This document shows positions 54,810 to 64,000 of a DNA stretch of 64,000 nt, one piece after another. Position 1 is the stretch's first letter, and each line of letters starts with the position of its first letter. The stretch lies in IMG/VR virus record IMGVR_UViG_3300049460_000312, positions 186,001 through 250,000 of that record. One strand, 5' to 3'. The notes under the pieces were generated by a model that was not told the DNA's origin, did no database searches, and saw nothing but the letters and a program-made list of their open reading frames with translations. The translations under genes and the position numbers were made by a program.

Positions 54810-55909
54810 TACATGAACCTCCGCACCGTATCGGGTCCGGCGTGAAATGTTTTACCCGTAATCGGGTTATGGAAGATCCGCCATACGCTCAGGGCTTGCA
54901 CCATCTGCAGATCGGTCATCACCGCACTGCCGCTCCAGGAGTTGTCCGCGTTCTGGGTCCAGATTTGCTTGTTAAACAAATCGAAGATATAACGCTGGTC
55001 GCCCGTGAACTTGAGCGTTTTGAACAAGGCATTCTGTTGCGATTCGGCGGTGTAACCGTACGCACACGGACCGCGGAAGATCGCCAGCGACGGATCAGCA
55101 CTCAGATCCACCGTGAAGTCAGCGCTCGGCTTATACGTCTGGTAACTGGCGCCAAACTCCGTGGTCGAGAAGGTGATGATGTCACCATTACGGACGATCT
55201 TGATACGCGTCGGTCCCAGACTACCCCAGCCCTGACCGGCCGTATTAGCCACATAGCCTGCGGCGGTGGCTGATGCGCCATAGCCACCGTTACCGTAGGC
55301 AATCTGGTCGCTGGAGAAAAGATTCTTGGCGCCCGTCTTTTGCTGGTAGTTCTTGCCCACGAACCAGGACTTGCTGTTGCCACCCGGACTACGGATTGCC
55401 GTGAGCTTGTTCTCGTAGCCCGTAACCGGATCACGGGCAAAGGCGGCGACCAGACCTACATCGTCATCATCCGTATTGTCCGATGAGATCTCAACTTCGA
55501 GCGTGTACTGGTCGTACTTCTTTTTGCTCACAAAGCCCAGAATCGAGGCTGAGTTAAGCGTACTCATGATCGTGTCGGTGCCGCTGTCATACGACCAGCT
55601 GGAGAGCTCGCTCGGCAGGGCTGGTTGTGCATCCGTGCCAGTCTGGTGCGAAAAGCGATACCAGTTATTGAACACGTCCGCCATCGAGACGGTGCGAGCT
55701 TTTTCGTTGGCCAGCTCAGTGGCGTTTTCAGTGATCGAGGCCAGCGTCACGAGCCGGAAAGGTTTGGGTATGCCGTTGTTATCAGCCTGGATATACGAGC
55801 CTTCCTGACTGATCGGGAAAGCAGCTTCCATGCGGGCTTTGGCCTCTGCCTGCACTGCAGCGATCGTGGTCGGGCTGGCAAGCTGGCCTTGGAGCGGAAA
55901 TGTGGACAT
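54809..55909 (-). CDS. Tail-fibre/virion protein with lectin-like beta domain
   Basis: DVFNNWYRFSH, EISSDNTDDDDVGLV and RNGDIITFST, a ConA-like pattern. Confidence 0.6.
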   Translation of the reverse strand: MSTFPLQGQLASPTTIAAVQAEAKARMEAAFPISQEGSYIQADNNGIPKPFRLVTLASITENATELANEKARTVSMADVFNNWYRFSHQTGTDAQPALPSELSSWSYDSGTDTIMSTLNSASILGFVSKKKYDQYTLEVEISSDNTDDDDVGLVAAFARDPVTGYENKLTAIRSPGGNSKSWFVGKNYQQKTGAKNLFSSDQIAYGNGGYGASATAAGYVANTAGQGWGSLGPTRIKIVRNGDIITFSTTEFGASYQTYKPSADFTVDLSADPSLAIFRGPCAYGYTAESQQNALFKTLKFTGDQRYIFDLFNKQIWTQNADNSWSGSAVMTDLQMVQALSVWRIFHNPITGKTFHAGPDTVRRFM

Positions 55910-55999
55910 GGCTTTATAAGAAGGGATTGAACATAAAATTACAGGACTAAATACACTTTATGAGCCGTCTCACCTTTCTTCCTTTCCCCGGGGTCTACC

Positions 56000-56590
56000 A
56001 TGTTGTCCAAGCTGTCTCTCCTTGCACGGTTAGCCGTGATTGCTGTCGCCATCTATCTGTTTCTTGCTGAGACCACCGGACCCGTGATGGTCTACTGGGC
56101 TGTTGGCGCGGGGATCTGTTTTGCCACACTGTTCAAGCTCAAACGCAAGACCCCGAAGGGCGAGGAAGTGACGATGCCCAAGCAGATTCCGACCACCGAT
56201 GGCCGTGTCGCTTATGCTGGTAAGGCAAAAGCGTTCACCACGTACTTCGGCGGCCGGGACATCGATCCCGAATCGATCAGTATGGCAGCGATGCGCCGGG
56301 AAGACGGTTATATCGTGGCATTGGATAAGCAGGGTGGCTACGACGAGCTCGTCTTCGTGCTGTTTAACATGAAGCTGATTCGTGAGCCTGGCAGGCACAC
56401 CACCATGAATTGGGAGAAGGGTTACCTGACATCGGAAGGCCGATTTGTCTCAGGCAAGAAGGTAATCAAAATCGCCCAACTCGCCGGCCAGTTGCCAAAC
56501 GACACGCCGATGGAGCGTCTGTTCTCCATCAGGGATTTGTACCCGGACGAGCCGACTCTGGCCCGGCAGGCAATGGCTGTAGTGGGTTAA
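56000..56590 (+). CDS. Two-TM membrane protein with conserved phage cytoplasmic domain
   Basis: Two N-terminal TM helices; GYLTSEGRF..IAQLAGQL motif. The only clear + strand gene in the tail cassette. Confidence 0.65.
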   Translation: MLSKLSLLARLAVIAVAIYLFLAETTGPVMVYWAVGAGICFATLFKLKRKTPKGEEVTMPKQIPTTDGRVAYAGKAKAFTTYFGGRDIDPESISMAAMRREDGYIVALDKQGGYDELVFVLFNMKLIREPGRHTTMNWEKGYLTSEGRFVSGKKVIKIAQLAGQLPNDTPMERLFSIRDLYPDEPTLARQAMAVVG

Positions 56591-56634
56591 TCGGAATAAA
56601 AAGCAGAGAGCGACCGCTCTCTGCTTTTATGTCG

Positions 56635-57312
56635 TTAAGATGTAAAGGGCGTAGCCTGAGGAGTAAAGGCGCTGGTGTAAAGAGCCTTCCCTTTTGAAAG
56701 ACGAACCTCGTCCATATAACCTGGAAAGGTGCCGTTACCATTCTGTACGTTACCAATGATGAGTGGGCCCGTATTTACCCCAAACGTTTGTGAGCTCACA
56801 AACGAACCCACTAACGCCCCGTTATACCATGCAGACCACGTGTTACCCGATCGCGTAACAGCAAAGTGAAACCACTGCCCGGTGACGAGAATGTCATTTA
56901 CCAACAACTGGGCCTGTCCGGCATTGCCTGCGAGCTTCAGATAAATTTTACGCTGATAGAATTCAATCCAGCATCGATTAACCTGATTCATGTCGGGCGA
57001 TTTTTCTATAAAAACGGTGTCGTTCGCCACCGTCGTCAGATAACACCAGGCCTCCATGGTACAGTCTGCATTGAACTGCAGGTCAGCTGCATTGGGAGTG
57101 GTGACCATCGCGTTCGCGCCAGTCGGCAATAGCGAGGAACCCCCGAACCTGGCCTGAACGGTGCTGAGCGCCGCACCATTCGAAGCCGTCATCGGGTGAC
57201 CGTACACGTCAACGATATTGGTTGAGCCGTTTGCCCCGTCGGCATGCAGGAGAAGGGAGGTAAAATTAGCCGCGACTACCTGACTGCGAGTCGCTAGAAG
57301 GGATTCAAACAT
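56635..57312 (-). CDS. LamG/concanavalin A-like virion protein
   Basis: LLLHADG..GST, TMEAW, WFHFAVTRSG and GYMDEVRLSKG. Confidence 0.8.
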   Translation of the reverse strand: MFESLLATRSQVVAANFTSLLLHADGANGSTNIVDVYGHPMTASNGAALSTVQARFGGSSLLPTGANAMVTTPNAADLQFNADCTMEAWCYLTTVANDTVFIEKSPDMNQVNRCWIEFYQRKIYLKLAGNAGQAQLLVNDILVTGQWFHFAVTRSGNTWSAWYNGALVGSFVSSQTFGVNTGPLIIGNVQNGNGTFPGYMDEVRLSKGKALYTSAFTPQATPFTS

Positions 57313-57331
57313 ATCGCTTTTCCCTTTTTCC

Positions 57332-58030
57332 TTAGGAGGTAAATGGTGCGCTCGGCGGCGTGAACGCTGTGGTGTAAAGCGCTATGCCCTTCACCGTACG
57401 AAACTCGTCGATATAGCCGTTATAGTTGAAGGGCTTGGAACTGGTCGTTAATCCCCAGTTACCAATCATCAGAGGTCCGGCATAATTACCGAAAGTTGCC
57501 GAGCTGGTCCGAGTTCCCGCAGCTACTCCATCTATCCACAGCGTATAAAGATTTCCCAGCCGGGTCAACGCGATGTGTTGCCATTGACCTGCTTTAAGTG
57601 CACCGGCATTCACGATCTTGGTGGCGGGCTGCGGCTCTCCATCCAGTTTCAGATAGGCCGTGCCTTGATAGAATTCAATATACGACGACTGTGCAGCACT
57701 TGACCAGTTCGACAGATACTTGCAAACCGGCATCGAATCGTAGTTACTGAAATCAATGAGATACGACCAGAATTCCAGCGTGAAGTCGGCGTCAAACCGT
57801 AACGTAGCATCATCGGTCACGACGATACTCGATGCCCAGTTAGGAAAGGAGGCCGACGCTCCCCCAAATTTAGAAAACGCGGTAGTGAGGGAGCCTGAGT
57901 TCGATGCTGTACACGTCCGACCATGGACGTCGACAATATTGGTCGAACCATTCGTCCCATCAAAATGTAGCAGCAACCGATTTGGATCAAGCGCCTGTGG
58001 TTTTCTGATAGCTAACAAAGCTTCTAACAT
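57332..58030 (-). CDS. LamG/concanavalin A-like virion protein
   Basis: LLLHFDG, FTLEFW, WQHIALTR and GYIDEFR. Confidence 0.8.
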   Translation of the reverse strand: MLEALLAIRKPQALDPNRLLLHFDGTNGSTNIVDVHGRTCTASNSGSLTTAFSKFGGASASFPNWASSIVVTDDATLRFDADFTLEFWSYLIDFSNYDSMPVCKYLSNWSSAAQSSYIEFYQGTAYLKLDGEPQPATKIVNAGALKAGQWQHIALTRLGNLYTLWIDGVAAGTRTSSATFGNYAGPLMIGNWGLTTSSKPFNYNGYIDEFRTVKGIALYTTAFTPPSAPFTS

Positions 58031-58039
58031 AATTTATCC

Positions 58040-59338
58040 TTAGCTCGGCGACAAGAACTGCGACGGGTCGAGCGCAGTCCCTTTAATCAGCCGCACTTTA
58101 CGGATATAGCCATTGAAATAGCTAGAGGAAATCGCGTCACCGCTATCACCGAGCCAGATAGCGTTCGCAGTCCCTACCACCTTCACGGTCGTCGCATACG
58201 TGGCTTCTTTCACCCCGTTCACATACAGACTCAACGAACCGGCTTTACGCACCAGCGCGAGGCGTGTAGGTGTACCGTAGGCAATGCTCGACTGACTCTG
58301 CATTACCGGGAACGTACCATTGAAGCCCACGCCGTATTTCGTGGTATCACCAGCACTGTGACCCGCAAAGATCGACATTGAACCGTTAGCGCCCCAGGTA
58401 CTGTAGTTACTGAACAGCGCCGGATACTGCACCGACCGCGCTGTTGGGTTGACCACCATTTCAAGCGTGAAGTCACCCGGCAAAATGAAATCAGGCTGAG
58501 TAGCCGTCAGCGTCAGATACTTGGAAGAACCATTCAGCGCAATACCACTTCCCGCTACTGATGCCGCGCCACCAATGCTGGAGATACTGCGTGTGTAGTG
58601 ACTGGCGTCCGCGAGCGTGCCGTCCATGGCATTGATATCGAGCAGCGTGTCATAGTGATCGAATGGTGCGGTAGGTGGAGTGAAATCTCCGTCGTACAGT
58701 ACTTGCTCCACCATGCGCATTTCATCCAAAAAGCCTGGGAACTGGGAGGCACCGTTGTACTGGTTACCGCCAATGGTCCAGGTGCCGGTGGCCAGACCAA
58801 AGCCCAGTGCCGAAGCCAGTGTCTGCTGGCCAACTCCGTTGATATAGCCTTTGTAGACCCCTGCTTTCTTGACCACCGCCCAGTGATTCCACTGGTTCAG
58901 CGGAAAAGCTGAAGTCGGTGCCAACGACTTCCAGCCGGCGCCATCAGTCAGGAAAATGCCCAGGCCCTTGTCAGACTGCTGGCCAATCGAGGTCTGACCG
59001 GTGCTGGTGTTCGCGGTCTTGCAGCTGAACATCGTGGTGTCACCAAACGCGCCATTACGGAACGCCCAGCCTTCGATCGTAAAGTTATCCGTGAGGACGA
59101 GACGGGATGAGCCCGGGAAAGAAAGGTTGCCTGTGCCAGGATTAAGCGCGGCGCCGCCAAACTTGGACTGGGAGGTACTCAGGGAGCAGCTGTTGGCCGT
59201 GGTGACGATGCCGTTCTCTTCCGGCATACTCGTTGAGCCATTGGTTCCGTCAAAGTGGATCAGCATCAACGTTTTGAGATCGACCGGTAGCACCCCGGTC
59301 GCCGGCTTTTTATACGCGGTAAGAAGTGCTTCTAACAT
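58040..59338 (-). CDS. Double LamG-domain virion protein
   Basis: Two tandem LamG repeats (FTIEGW..GFLDEMR; FTLEMV..GYIRKVR). Confidence 0.8.
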   Translation of the reverse strand: MLEALLTAYKKPATGVLPVDLKTLMLIHFDGTNGSTSMPEENGIVTTANSCSLSTSQSKFGGAALNPGTGNLSFPGSSRLVLTDNFTIEGWAFRNGAFGDTTMFSCKTANTSTGQTSIGQQSDKGLGIFLTDGAGWKSLAPTSAFPLNQWNHWAVVKKAGVYKGYINGVGQQTLASALGFGLATGTWTIGGNQYNGASQFPGFLDEMRMVEQVLYDGDFTPPTAPFDHYDTLLDINAMDGTLADASHYTRSISSIGGAASVAGSGIALNGSSKYLTLTATQPDFILPGDFTLEMVVNPTARSVQYPALFSNYSTWGANGSMSIFAGHSAGDTTKYGVGFNGTFPVMQSQSSIAYGTPTRLALVRKAGSLSLYVNGVKEATYATTVKVVGTANAIWLGDSGDAISSSYFNGYIRKVRLIKGTALDPSQFLSPS

Positions 59339-59368
59339 ACGGAGAGGCCCAGGAGAATTTAGTTATAC

Positions 59369-59417
59369 ACATACGATTTACGGCATAAAGACCCGGCTTT
59401 GTGCCGGGCTTTTATGG
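59369..59417 (-). repeat. Tail-cassette junction element: hairpin-TTATGCCG-TAAATCGTATGT, copy 1
   Basis: ACATACGATTTACGGCATAA at 59369-59388 plus a hairpin. Confidence 0.75.
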
Positions 59418-59576
59418 GTAGCTTAAAGAGTGAACGGTGCGGTGGGTGGGGGGAAATGGCAGCCGTATAGACAGCCACGTCTTTCATGATCTGCACTTCA
59501 TCGATGTAACCCGGAGAAACTCGTTGATAGAAATTACGGCACAAGGGTCGGGAGAACCCGACCCTATACCTGAGCT

Positions 59577-60737
59577 TTACTGCAAAACTTCTTTCAATAC
59601 ATTTTCAGTCAGTGACAAACCAGTCACAGTTTTAAGCGTATCGAAGTTGGTTCCGTCATTGCTCCCCTGAATCACAAAGTTGGTGGGTTGTTGATTAGCC
59701 CCCGTGAGCGCGGCAATCTTGATAGAGTCAAACGAACGCGCCTGCCCCAGATCTATCATCCACCAGTGCGGTGGTGTCTGGCTTCCAGATGACCAGCGAT
59801 GCTCCGGAAGCTGATCGATATAACCATCAATTGCATTGCCCGGCGCCTGAGGAAGACCCGTCAGCGCATAGTAGGTGCTAGCCGTCGCGACAACGCCGCT
59901 CTGACGACACCAGTTCGTAGCACTGGCGGTATCGAGAACCTGTACTTCACTCAGTGTAGCGTACCCATTACCCACTGGAACAATGCTGTTCAAACGCACA
60001 TAGCGATACGAGCCGGAGTTCGAGAACGAGGTCGGTGGGGTGAACGAGGCGGCGGTGTAGCGTGCGACACCGTTAGTAAACCGGAAGGCATCCATCAAGC
60101 CCGGGAAAGAAACACCCGTCGGGCCACCCGCCGTGCGGGCACCCACCGTTGGCTTATAAGCGCTGTACCATGGAATCGCCACAGCACCGATACTGCCCTG
60201 AGCAATACGACTGCCGTCCAGGTACAGAGAGATCGTAGTACCCTGCCTTACCGCTGCAATGTGTGACCAGACATTCTGCGTCATAGGTACGGATGTAGAG
60301 ACCAGATCCAGCAACGTGCCTGAATCACCCCGGATTAGTATTCGCGGTTTCGCGCCTGTAGACGTGTTACCTACCAGCTCAAACGAAAATATCTGCTGAT
60401 TGCCGGCAGTCTCGCCCTGGTAGTAAATACCACAGTCGTTGTTCGTCGGAATGTCGCTGATCCGATTGAGGATCGCTTCGATCGTCCAGTCGTTGGTGCC
60501 GAGGTTAAACTCGCTGGCGTTGGGCGTGGTGTAACACGACAGCGCGCTGCGCAAATCCACAGCGGTGCCATGGGTATCTGTTGTAAAAGAAGGCGCCCCC
60601 GAGGCAGTCATCGGGTGGCCTTTCACATCAGTTCCGTTGCCATTAAACTGCATCAACAGTTTGACATAGGAGAAGTAAGGATCAGCTGGCGCAACCGGTA
60701 TGCCCGGCGGCTTTCCAGTCAACAAAAATTCCAACAT
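59577..60737 (-). CDS. LamG + F5/8 type C (discoidin) carbohydrate-binding virion protein
   Basis: LamG N-domain; C-terminal YRYVRL..NAIDG..WWMIDLG..IQGSNDG; start MLEFLL. Confidence 0.8.
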   Translation of the reverse strand: MLEFLLTGKPPGIPVAPADPYFSYVKLLMQFNGNGTDVKGHPMTASGAPSFTTDTHGTAVDLRSALSCYTTPNASEFNLGTNDWTIEAILNRISDIPTNNDCGIYYQGETAGNQQIFSFELVGNTSTGAKPRILIRGDSGTLLDLVSTSVPMTQNVWSHIAAVRQGTTISLYLDGSRIAQGSIGAVAIPWYSAYKPTVGARTAGGPTGVSFPGLMDAFRFTNGVARYTAASFTPPTSFSNSGSYRYVRLNSIVPVGNGYATLSEVQVLDTASATNWCRQSGVVATASTYYALTGLPQAPGNAIDGYIDQLPEHRWSSGSQTPPHWWMIDLGQARSFDSIKIAALTGANQQPTNFVIQGSNDGTNFDTLKTVTGLSLTENVLKEVLQ

Positions 60738-60761
60738 AATGCGCACCGGCTAGAATAGAGG

Positions 60762-60810
60762 ACATACGATTTGCGGCATAAAAGCCCGGGTTGCCCCCGG
60801 GCCCTTATGT
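60762..60810 (-). repeat. Tail-cassette junction element, copy 2
   Basis: ACATACGATTTGCGGCATAA (19/20 identical to copy 1) plus a hairpin. Confidence 0.75.
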
Positions 60811-60821
60811 CCACTAACTGA

Positions 60822-61820
60822 TCAAATCAGCTCCAGCACTGGCCGCCAGTACAGATTCGCGTTATACGCCGCCGTATTGGTTTTACCCGGATGATAGCTG
60901 ATGGAGGACGCCGGCAAATAACCGCGCGTGATCGTCTTCAGCCCAGGGATCATCTCCTGATGAATGTTGTTTTCAGTCATGCCGATGTAGGGCGAACCGT
61001 TGTAGGCCATCTGGGCATCGTAAGCCGCCCAGTTCTCACCGCGCTGGGATGCCGAGGTCCAGGACAGCAGCTTCATGATCAGGTCGTTCCATTCCGAACC
61101 CACCAGATTCAGCGTAGTGTCGTAGGAGTCGGCCGTGTACCAGTTGGTGTTGAGCGGTGAGTTAGTTGCGCCCGTATTGCTATTGACAAAATCCGAAGTC
61201 AGGTCAAATCCTGGCGGCACGGCCGTCGGCAGGCGAACCTTGAACTGCGAGTTCTGGACGGTGATAATCCGCAGCTGGTTGGTCGCGGCCATCGTATTAT
61301 AGGTACGCGGCCCCACGTCGTCGATACCGTACACCAGACCTCCCGCATACAGCGTAGACCAGGCACAGGTGCCCACCGGTTGGTACGGCATGAACAACGT
61401 TTTGCCCTTATAGGCAAACTTGAGCCACATCTGGTTGGCGTAGGGATTCTTCGCCGGTACGCTGACGTTAGCCCAGGCGATAAACGTCGTCCAGTCGATA
61501 AAGTCACTTGCATTCACGGTGCCGTAAAAGCCCATATCCAGATCGCCGGCGATCAGTGCCTGCGGTCCCGGTCCACTATAAGCCGCCGCCGTCGCCACAA
61601 CGTTGGGGCTGAATACCCGGTCCGCGCCTTTATAGACTTCAAACATGTAGTAGTACGTCACTCCGATCAATACGCTTGTATCGATGTAGGTGGCCGCATT
61701 ACCGGCCAGGGTGGCGTAAACTGCCGGCAGATTTGCCGGATCAATAGCAGAAGCTGATCGATAGACACGTACACCGTCTGCTGTCGTATTCAGGTTCTGC
61801 CAACCAATTTTAATTTGCAT
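60822..61820 (-). CDS. Virion protein: FN3/Ig-like N-domain + GPGPQ-family domain
   Basis: WQN..GVRVYRS..YIDT..YYY; GPGPQALIAGD..GFYG; ends WRPVLEL. Confidence 0.75.
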   Translation of the reverse strand: MQIKIGWQNLNTTADGVRVYRSASAIDPANLPAVYATLAGNAATYIDTSVLIGVTYYYMFEVYKGADRVFSPNVVATAAAYSGPGPQALIAGDLDMGFYGTVNASDFIDWTTFIAWANVSVPAKNPYANQMWLKFAYKGKTLFMPYQPVGTCAWSTLYAGGLVYGIDDVGPRTYNTMAATNQLRIITVQNSQFKVRLPTAVPPGFDLTSDFVNSNTGATNSPLNTNWYTADSYDTTLNLVGSEWNDLIMKLLSWTSASQRGENWAAYDAQMAYNGSPYIGMTENNIHQEMIPGLKTITRGYLPASSISYHPGKTNTAAYNANLYWRPVLELI

Positions 61821-61846
61821 GATAAAACTACCTTAAGAGTCAGCGA

Positions 61847-62872
61847 TTACAGAACCAGTTCCAGCACCGCGCGCCATGCCGGATTGACGGTGACCCCTGC
61901 GGCGTTGTTCACCGCGACTGTCGAAGTGGTGTTGCTCGTGACGATTGATCCTGCGCAGCCCGGATTCCAGCCAGAGCCGGCGCTGTTGAGTCGCCCACCG
62001 CGCCACGGGGCGCTGGTATTGGCCAGACCAGCCCATTGCTGGCAAAGATCGCTGATGACAAGGTTCGACACGTAGGCACCAAACTCGTCCCGCAGATTGG
62101 TGAGGCTACCGTAGAGTTTGTCCCCTACGTAACGCGGAGAGTAAGCACCGGTGGTGCCGACAATTGCTCCCATGATGTCGTCCCATTCGTTGCTCGCCAG
62201 GGCGGCGGTCAGCAAAGAGTTGTTGGTCGACGTCGCGGGAATACCGCTCTGACTGGCAGGCATGCCCTGTAGAATCCGGGGCAGTACCGTGAAGCCACCA
62301 ATGACGAGCGGCTTGTACTGGTTAGTGGCAGTGACACCGCTCGGTGTGACTAATCCGTTATCATTGGTGCCGTAAATCAGACCCAGCTGATAAAGCGCAT
62401 TGTAGGTGACGCCATATCGCAGGATGCCACGGGCGATAAAGAGCACCTTACCCTTATACGCCATCTTGACCCAGTCCTTGTCAGCCGGTCCAACCGTACC
62501 CGTTGTTACCCCTACCGCGGCTGTCAGGCTGGCATAGGTAATCAGATCAGAGGATTTCGCGATACCGAAATAGCCCAGGTCCCAGTCACCCGCCTGCAGT
62601 ACCTGCGGGCCCGGGCCGGTATCGGTCGGCGCTACCGCTTTGACCACAATGTTTTTGGTCAGCAGGACGTCACTACCCTTGACACTGCCCATGCGATAGT
62701 AGTATTTCGTGCCGCGTACAGCGGTCGTATCCACGTAGGTGTTGCTTCCTGCAGCGAGACTTGCCAGCGGCGCCGGCAAGGGTGTATCGGGGATCGGGTT
62801 GGTATCGCGGTACACATTGACGCCATCTTCCAGCGCGCCGTTATAATTGTTCCAATTAATGGTGAGGTTCAT
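61847..62872 (-). CDS. Virion protein, paralogue of 60822-61820
   Basis: Same FN3-like N-terminus, GPGPQVLQAGD..GYFG and WRAVLEL. Confidence 0.75.
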   Translation of the reverse strand: MNLTINWNNYNGALEDGVNVYRDTNPIPDTPLPAPLASLAAGSNTYVDTTAVRGTKYYYRMGSVKGSDVLLTKNIVVKAVAPTDTGPGPQVLQAGDWDLGYFGIAKSSDLITYASLTAAVGVTTGTVGPADKDWVKMAYKGKVLFIARGILRYGVTYNALYQLGLIYGTNDNGLVTPSGVTATNQYKPLVIGGFTVLPRILQGMPASQSGIPATSTNNSLLTAALASNEWDDIMGAIVGTTGAYSPRYVGDKLYGSLTNLRDEFGAYVSNLVISDLCQQWAGLANTSAPWRGGRLNSAGSGWNPGCAGSIVTSNTTSTVAVNNAAGVTVNPAWRAVLELVL

Positions 62873-62885
62873 ATCCTACCTGTGC

Positions 62886-63881
62886 TTAGGCATTAAAAGT
62901 AATGGTGGGGCTACTCGGCGCCTGAGGATTACCTGCGCTCTGAGGAACAATTACCGTGAGGCGGGTGAGATCGACCACCGGGACAATAGCCGCACTACCC
63001 ACGCTGCTCGCCGCCGTGGTTTGCGGAACAAACGCAGTCAGACGCTGCACGCTACTGGCGTCGACCGGATTAACCGAAGCGCTGGCGAAAGCCTTATTGA
63101 TATCCCCCACCTCCAGATCATTGATCTGGGGCTTGAACAGCTCACTGGCACCCACGAGCTCCAGCACCGGTCGCCAACTAGCCGAAGACACCTTGGTGTT
63201 CATGGTGTAAGTGCGAATATCTCCGCCCAAGCCTGGCCGAATCACGTACTTGGTGGTGTCTGAGCTGACACTTTCGCGCAGGACTTCACTCCCGGACGTA
63301 ATCTGGCTATCGGTGTAGGCGGCCCACTTGTCACTGGGGTAAGCCGATCCCATGCCACGCGAGCAGACTCGATACAGCAGATCCGTCCACATTGATGCAC
63401 GATAAGGCGAGATATCGGTACTGTAGCTACCGGCCGCGATATAAGCCAGCGTAGTAGGGTCCGACGCATCGCTGGTGAGGGTACGGATCTTGAAGCGATA
63501 TGGACCTGTACTTGCCAACCGGATCTGGTTAGTGGGTGCGCCGTTATTGAACGTGCCAGCGTCGTCCGTACCATAGACCAGGCCTGCCGCATACAGTTTG
63601 TTCCACGTCAGTGTATTAAAGAGCGGTCGCTTGGCGATAAAGAGATACTTGCCGTTATAGACAAACTTCAACCAGGGGTCACCTGCATTGATTTGGCTGT
63701 AGGCGGCGAGATCAGAAATCTGCGTAGCCAGGGCGGTCGATGTCAATACATCACTGGCTGCTACTTCACCAAAGAAACCGAGATTCTGATCACCGAAAAG
63801 CAACTGCTGAGGCCCAGGACCGGAGTCCAGTAAGATGGGACGATTCCCACCGCCTCCTGTCATCAAAAGAAGTTCGAACAT
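62886..63881 (-). CDS. Virion protein, GPGPQ family with MFELLL N-terminus
   Basis: GPGPQQLLFGD..GFFGEV, WRPVLEL and a C-terminal extension; start corrected to 63881. Confidence 0.75.
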   Translation of the reverse strand: MFELLLMTGGGGNRPILLDSGPGPQQLLFGDQNLGFFGEVAASDVLTSTALATQISDLAAYSQINAGDPWLKFVYNGKYLFIAKRPLFNTLTWNKLYAAGLVYGTDDAGTFNNGAPTNQIRLASTGPYRFKIRTLTSDASDPTTLAYIAAGSYSTDISPYRASMWTDLLYRVCSRGMGSAYPSDKWAAYTDSQITSGSEVLRESVSSDTTKYVIRPGLGGDIRTYTMNTKVSSASWRPVLELVGASELFKPQINDLEVGDINKAFASASVNPVDASSVQRLTAFVPQTTAASSVGSAAIVPVVDLTRLTVIVPQSAGNPQAPSSPTITFNA

Positions 63882-63902
63882 GGTGCATTCCCGAGAAAGC
63901 TT

Positions 63903-63955
63903 ACATACGATTTGCGGCAGCATAAAAGGCCGGGGGTAACCCCGGCCCTTATGAC
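63903..63955 (-). repeat. Tail-cassette junction element, copy 3
   Basis: ACATACGATTTGCGGCAGCATAA plus the GGCCGGGG/CCCCGGCC hairpin. Confidence 0.7.
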
Positions 63956-63964
63956 TTTTAACGC

Positions 63965-64000
63965 TTAGACGTCCAGCGTCGCCGGGATCACCGGCAGGTC
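63965..64000 (-). CDS. 3' end of a gene truncated by the window edge (..DLPVIPATLDV)
   Basis: Frame ending in TAA just before the hairpin element. Confidence 0.45.
   Translation of the reverse strand, partial: DLPVIPATLDV

Noticed and set aside
60822-63881. C-terminal WRPVLEL motifs resemble C-type-lectin-fold DGR targets
   Set aside because: No reverse transcriptase and no template repeat with adenine-specific mismatches in the window.

Overview
A 64-kb segment of a phiKZ-like (Chimalliviridae-type) jumbo phage genome, assigned from gene content and order. The host is probably Burkholderiales, inferred from the phage SspB, which resembles betaproteobacterial SspB. 1-22 kb is conserved core: a tail fibre with S74 chaperone, a CYTH protein, holin/spanin candidates, RuvC, baseplate-type proteins, portal, a non-virion RNAP beta subunit, major capsid protein and DnaB helicase. 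22-49 kb is a minus-strand accessory/early region with phiKZ-type early promoters. It encodes SspB, three Pol-beta-fold nucleotidyltransferases, a catalytically degenerate SpoT-type HD protein, a BCS1-like AAA ATPase, dCTP deaminase, a macrodomain-like protein, tRNA-Asn, tRNA-Asp, a tRNA-Arg-like element and several large structured non-coding regions. 49-64 kb is a modular cassette of tail-fibre/receptor-binding paralogues (LamG, F5/8C, GPGPQ families). A hairpin-TTATGCCG motif punctuates the whole window. Best leads: (1) SspB together with many proteins ending in ssrA-like -AA; (2) 0.4-0.7 kb structured RNA candidates, apparently antisense to the surrounding genes; (3) a possible nucleotide-signalling/RNA-repair toolkit (dead HD protein, tandem RlaP-like NTases). 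No CRISPR array, reverse transcriptase, integrase or transposase was seen. All family calls come from motif recognition by eye, not database searches.
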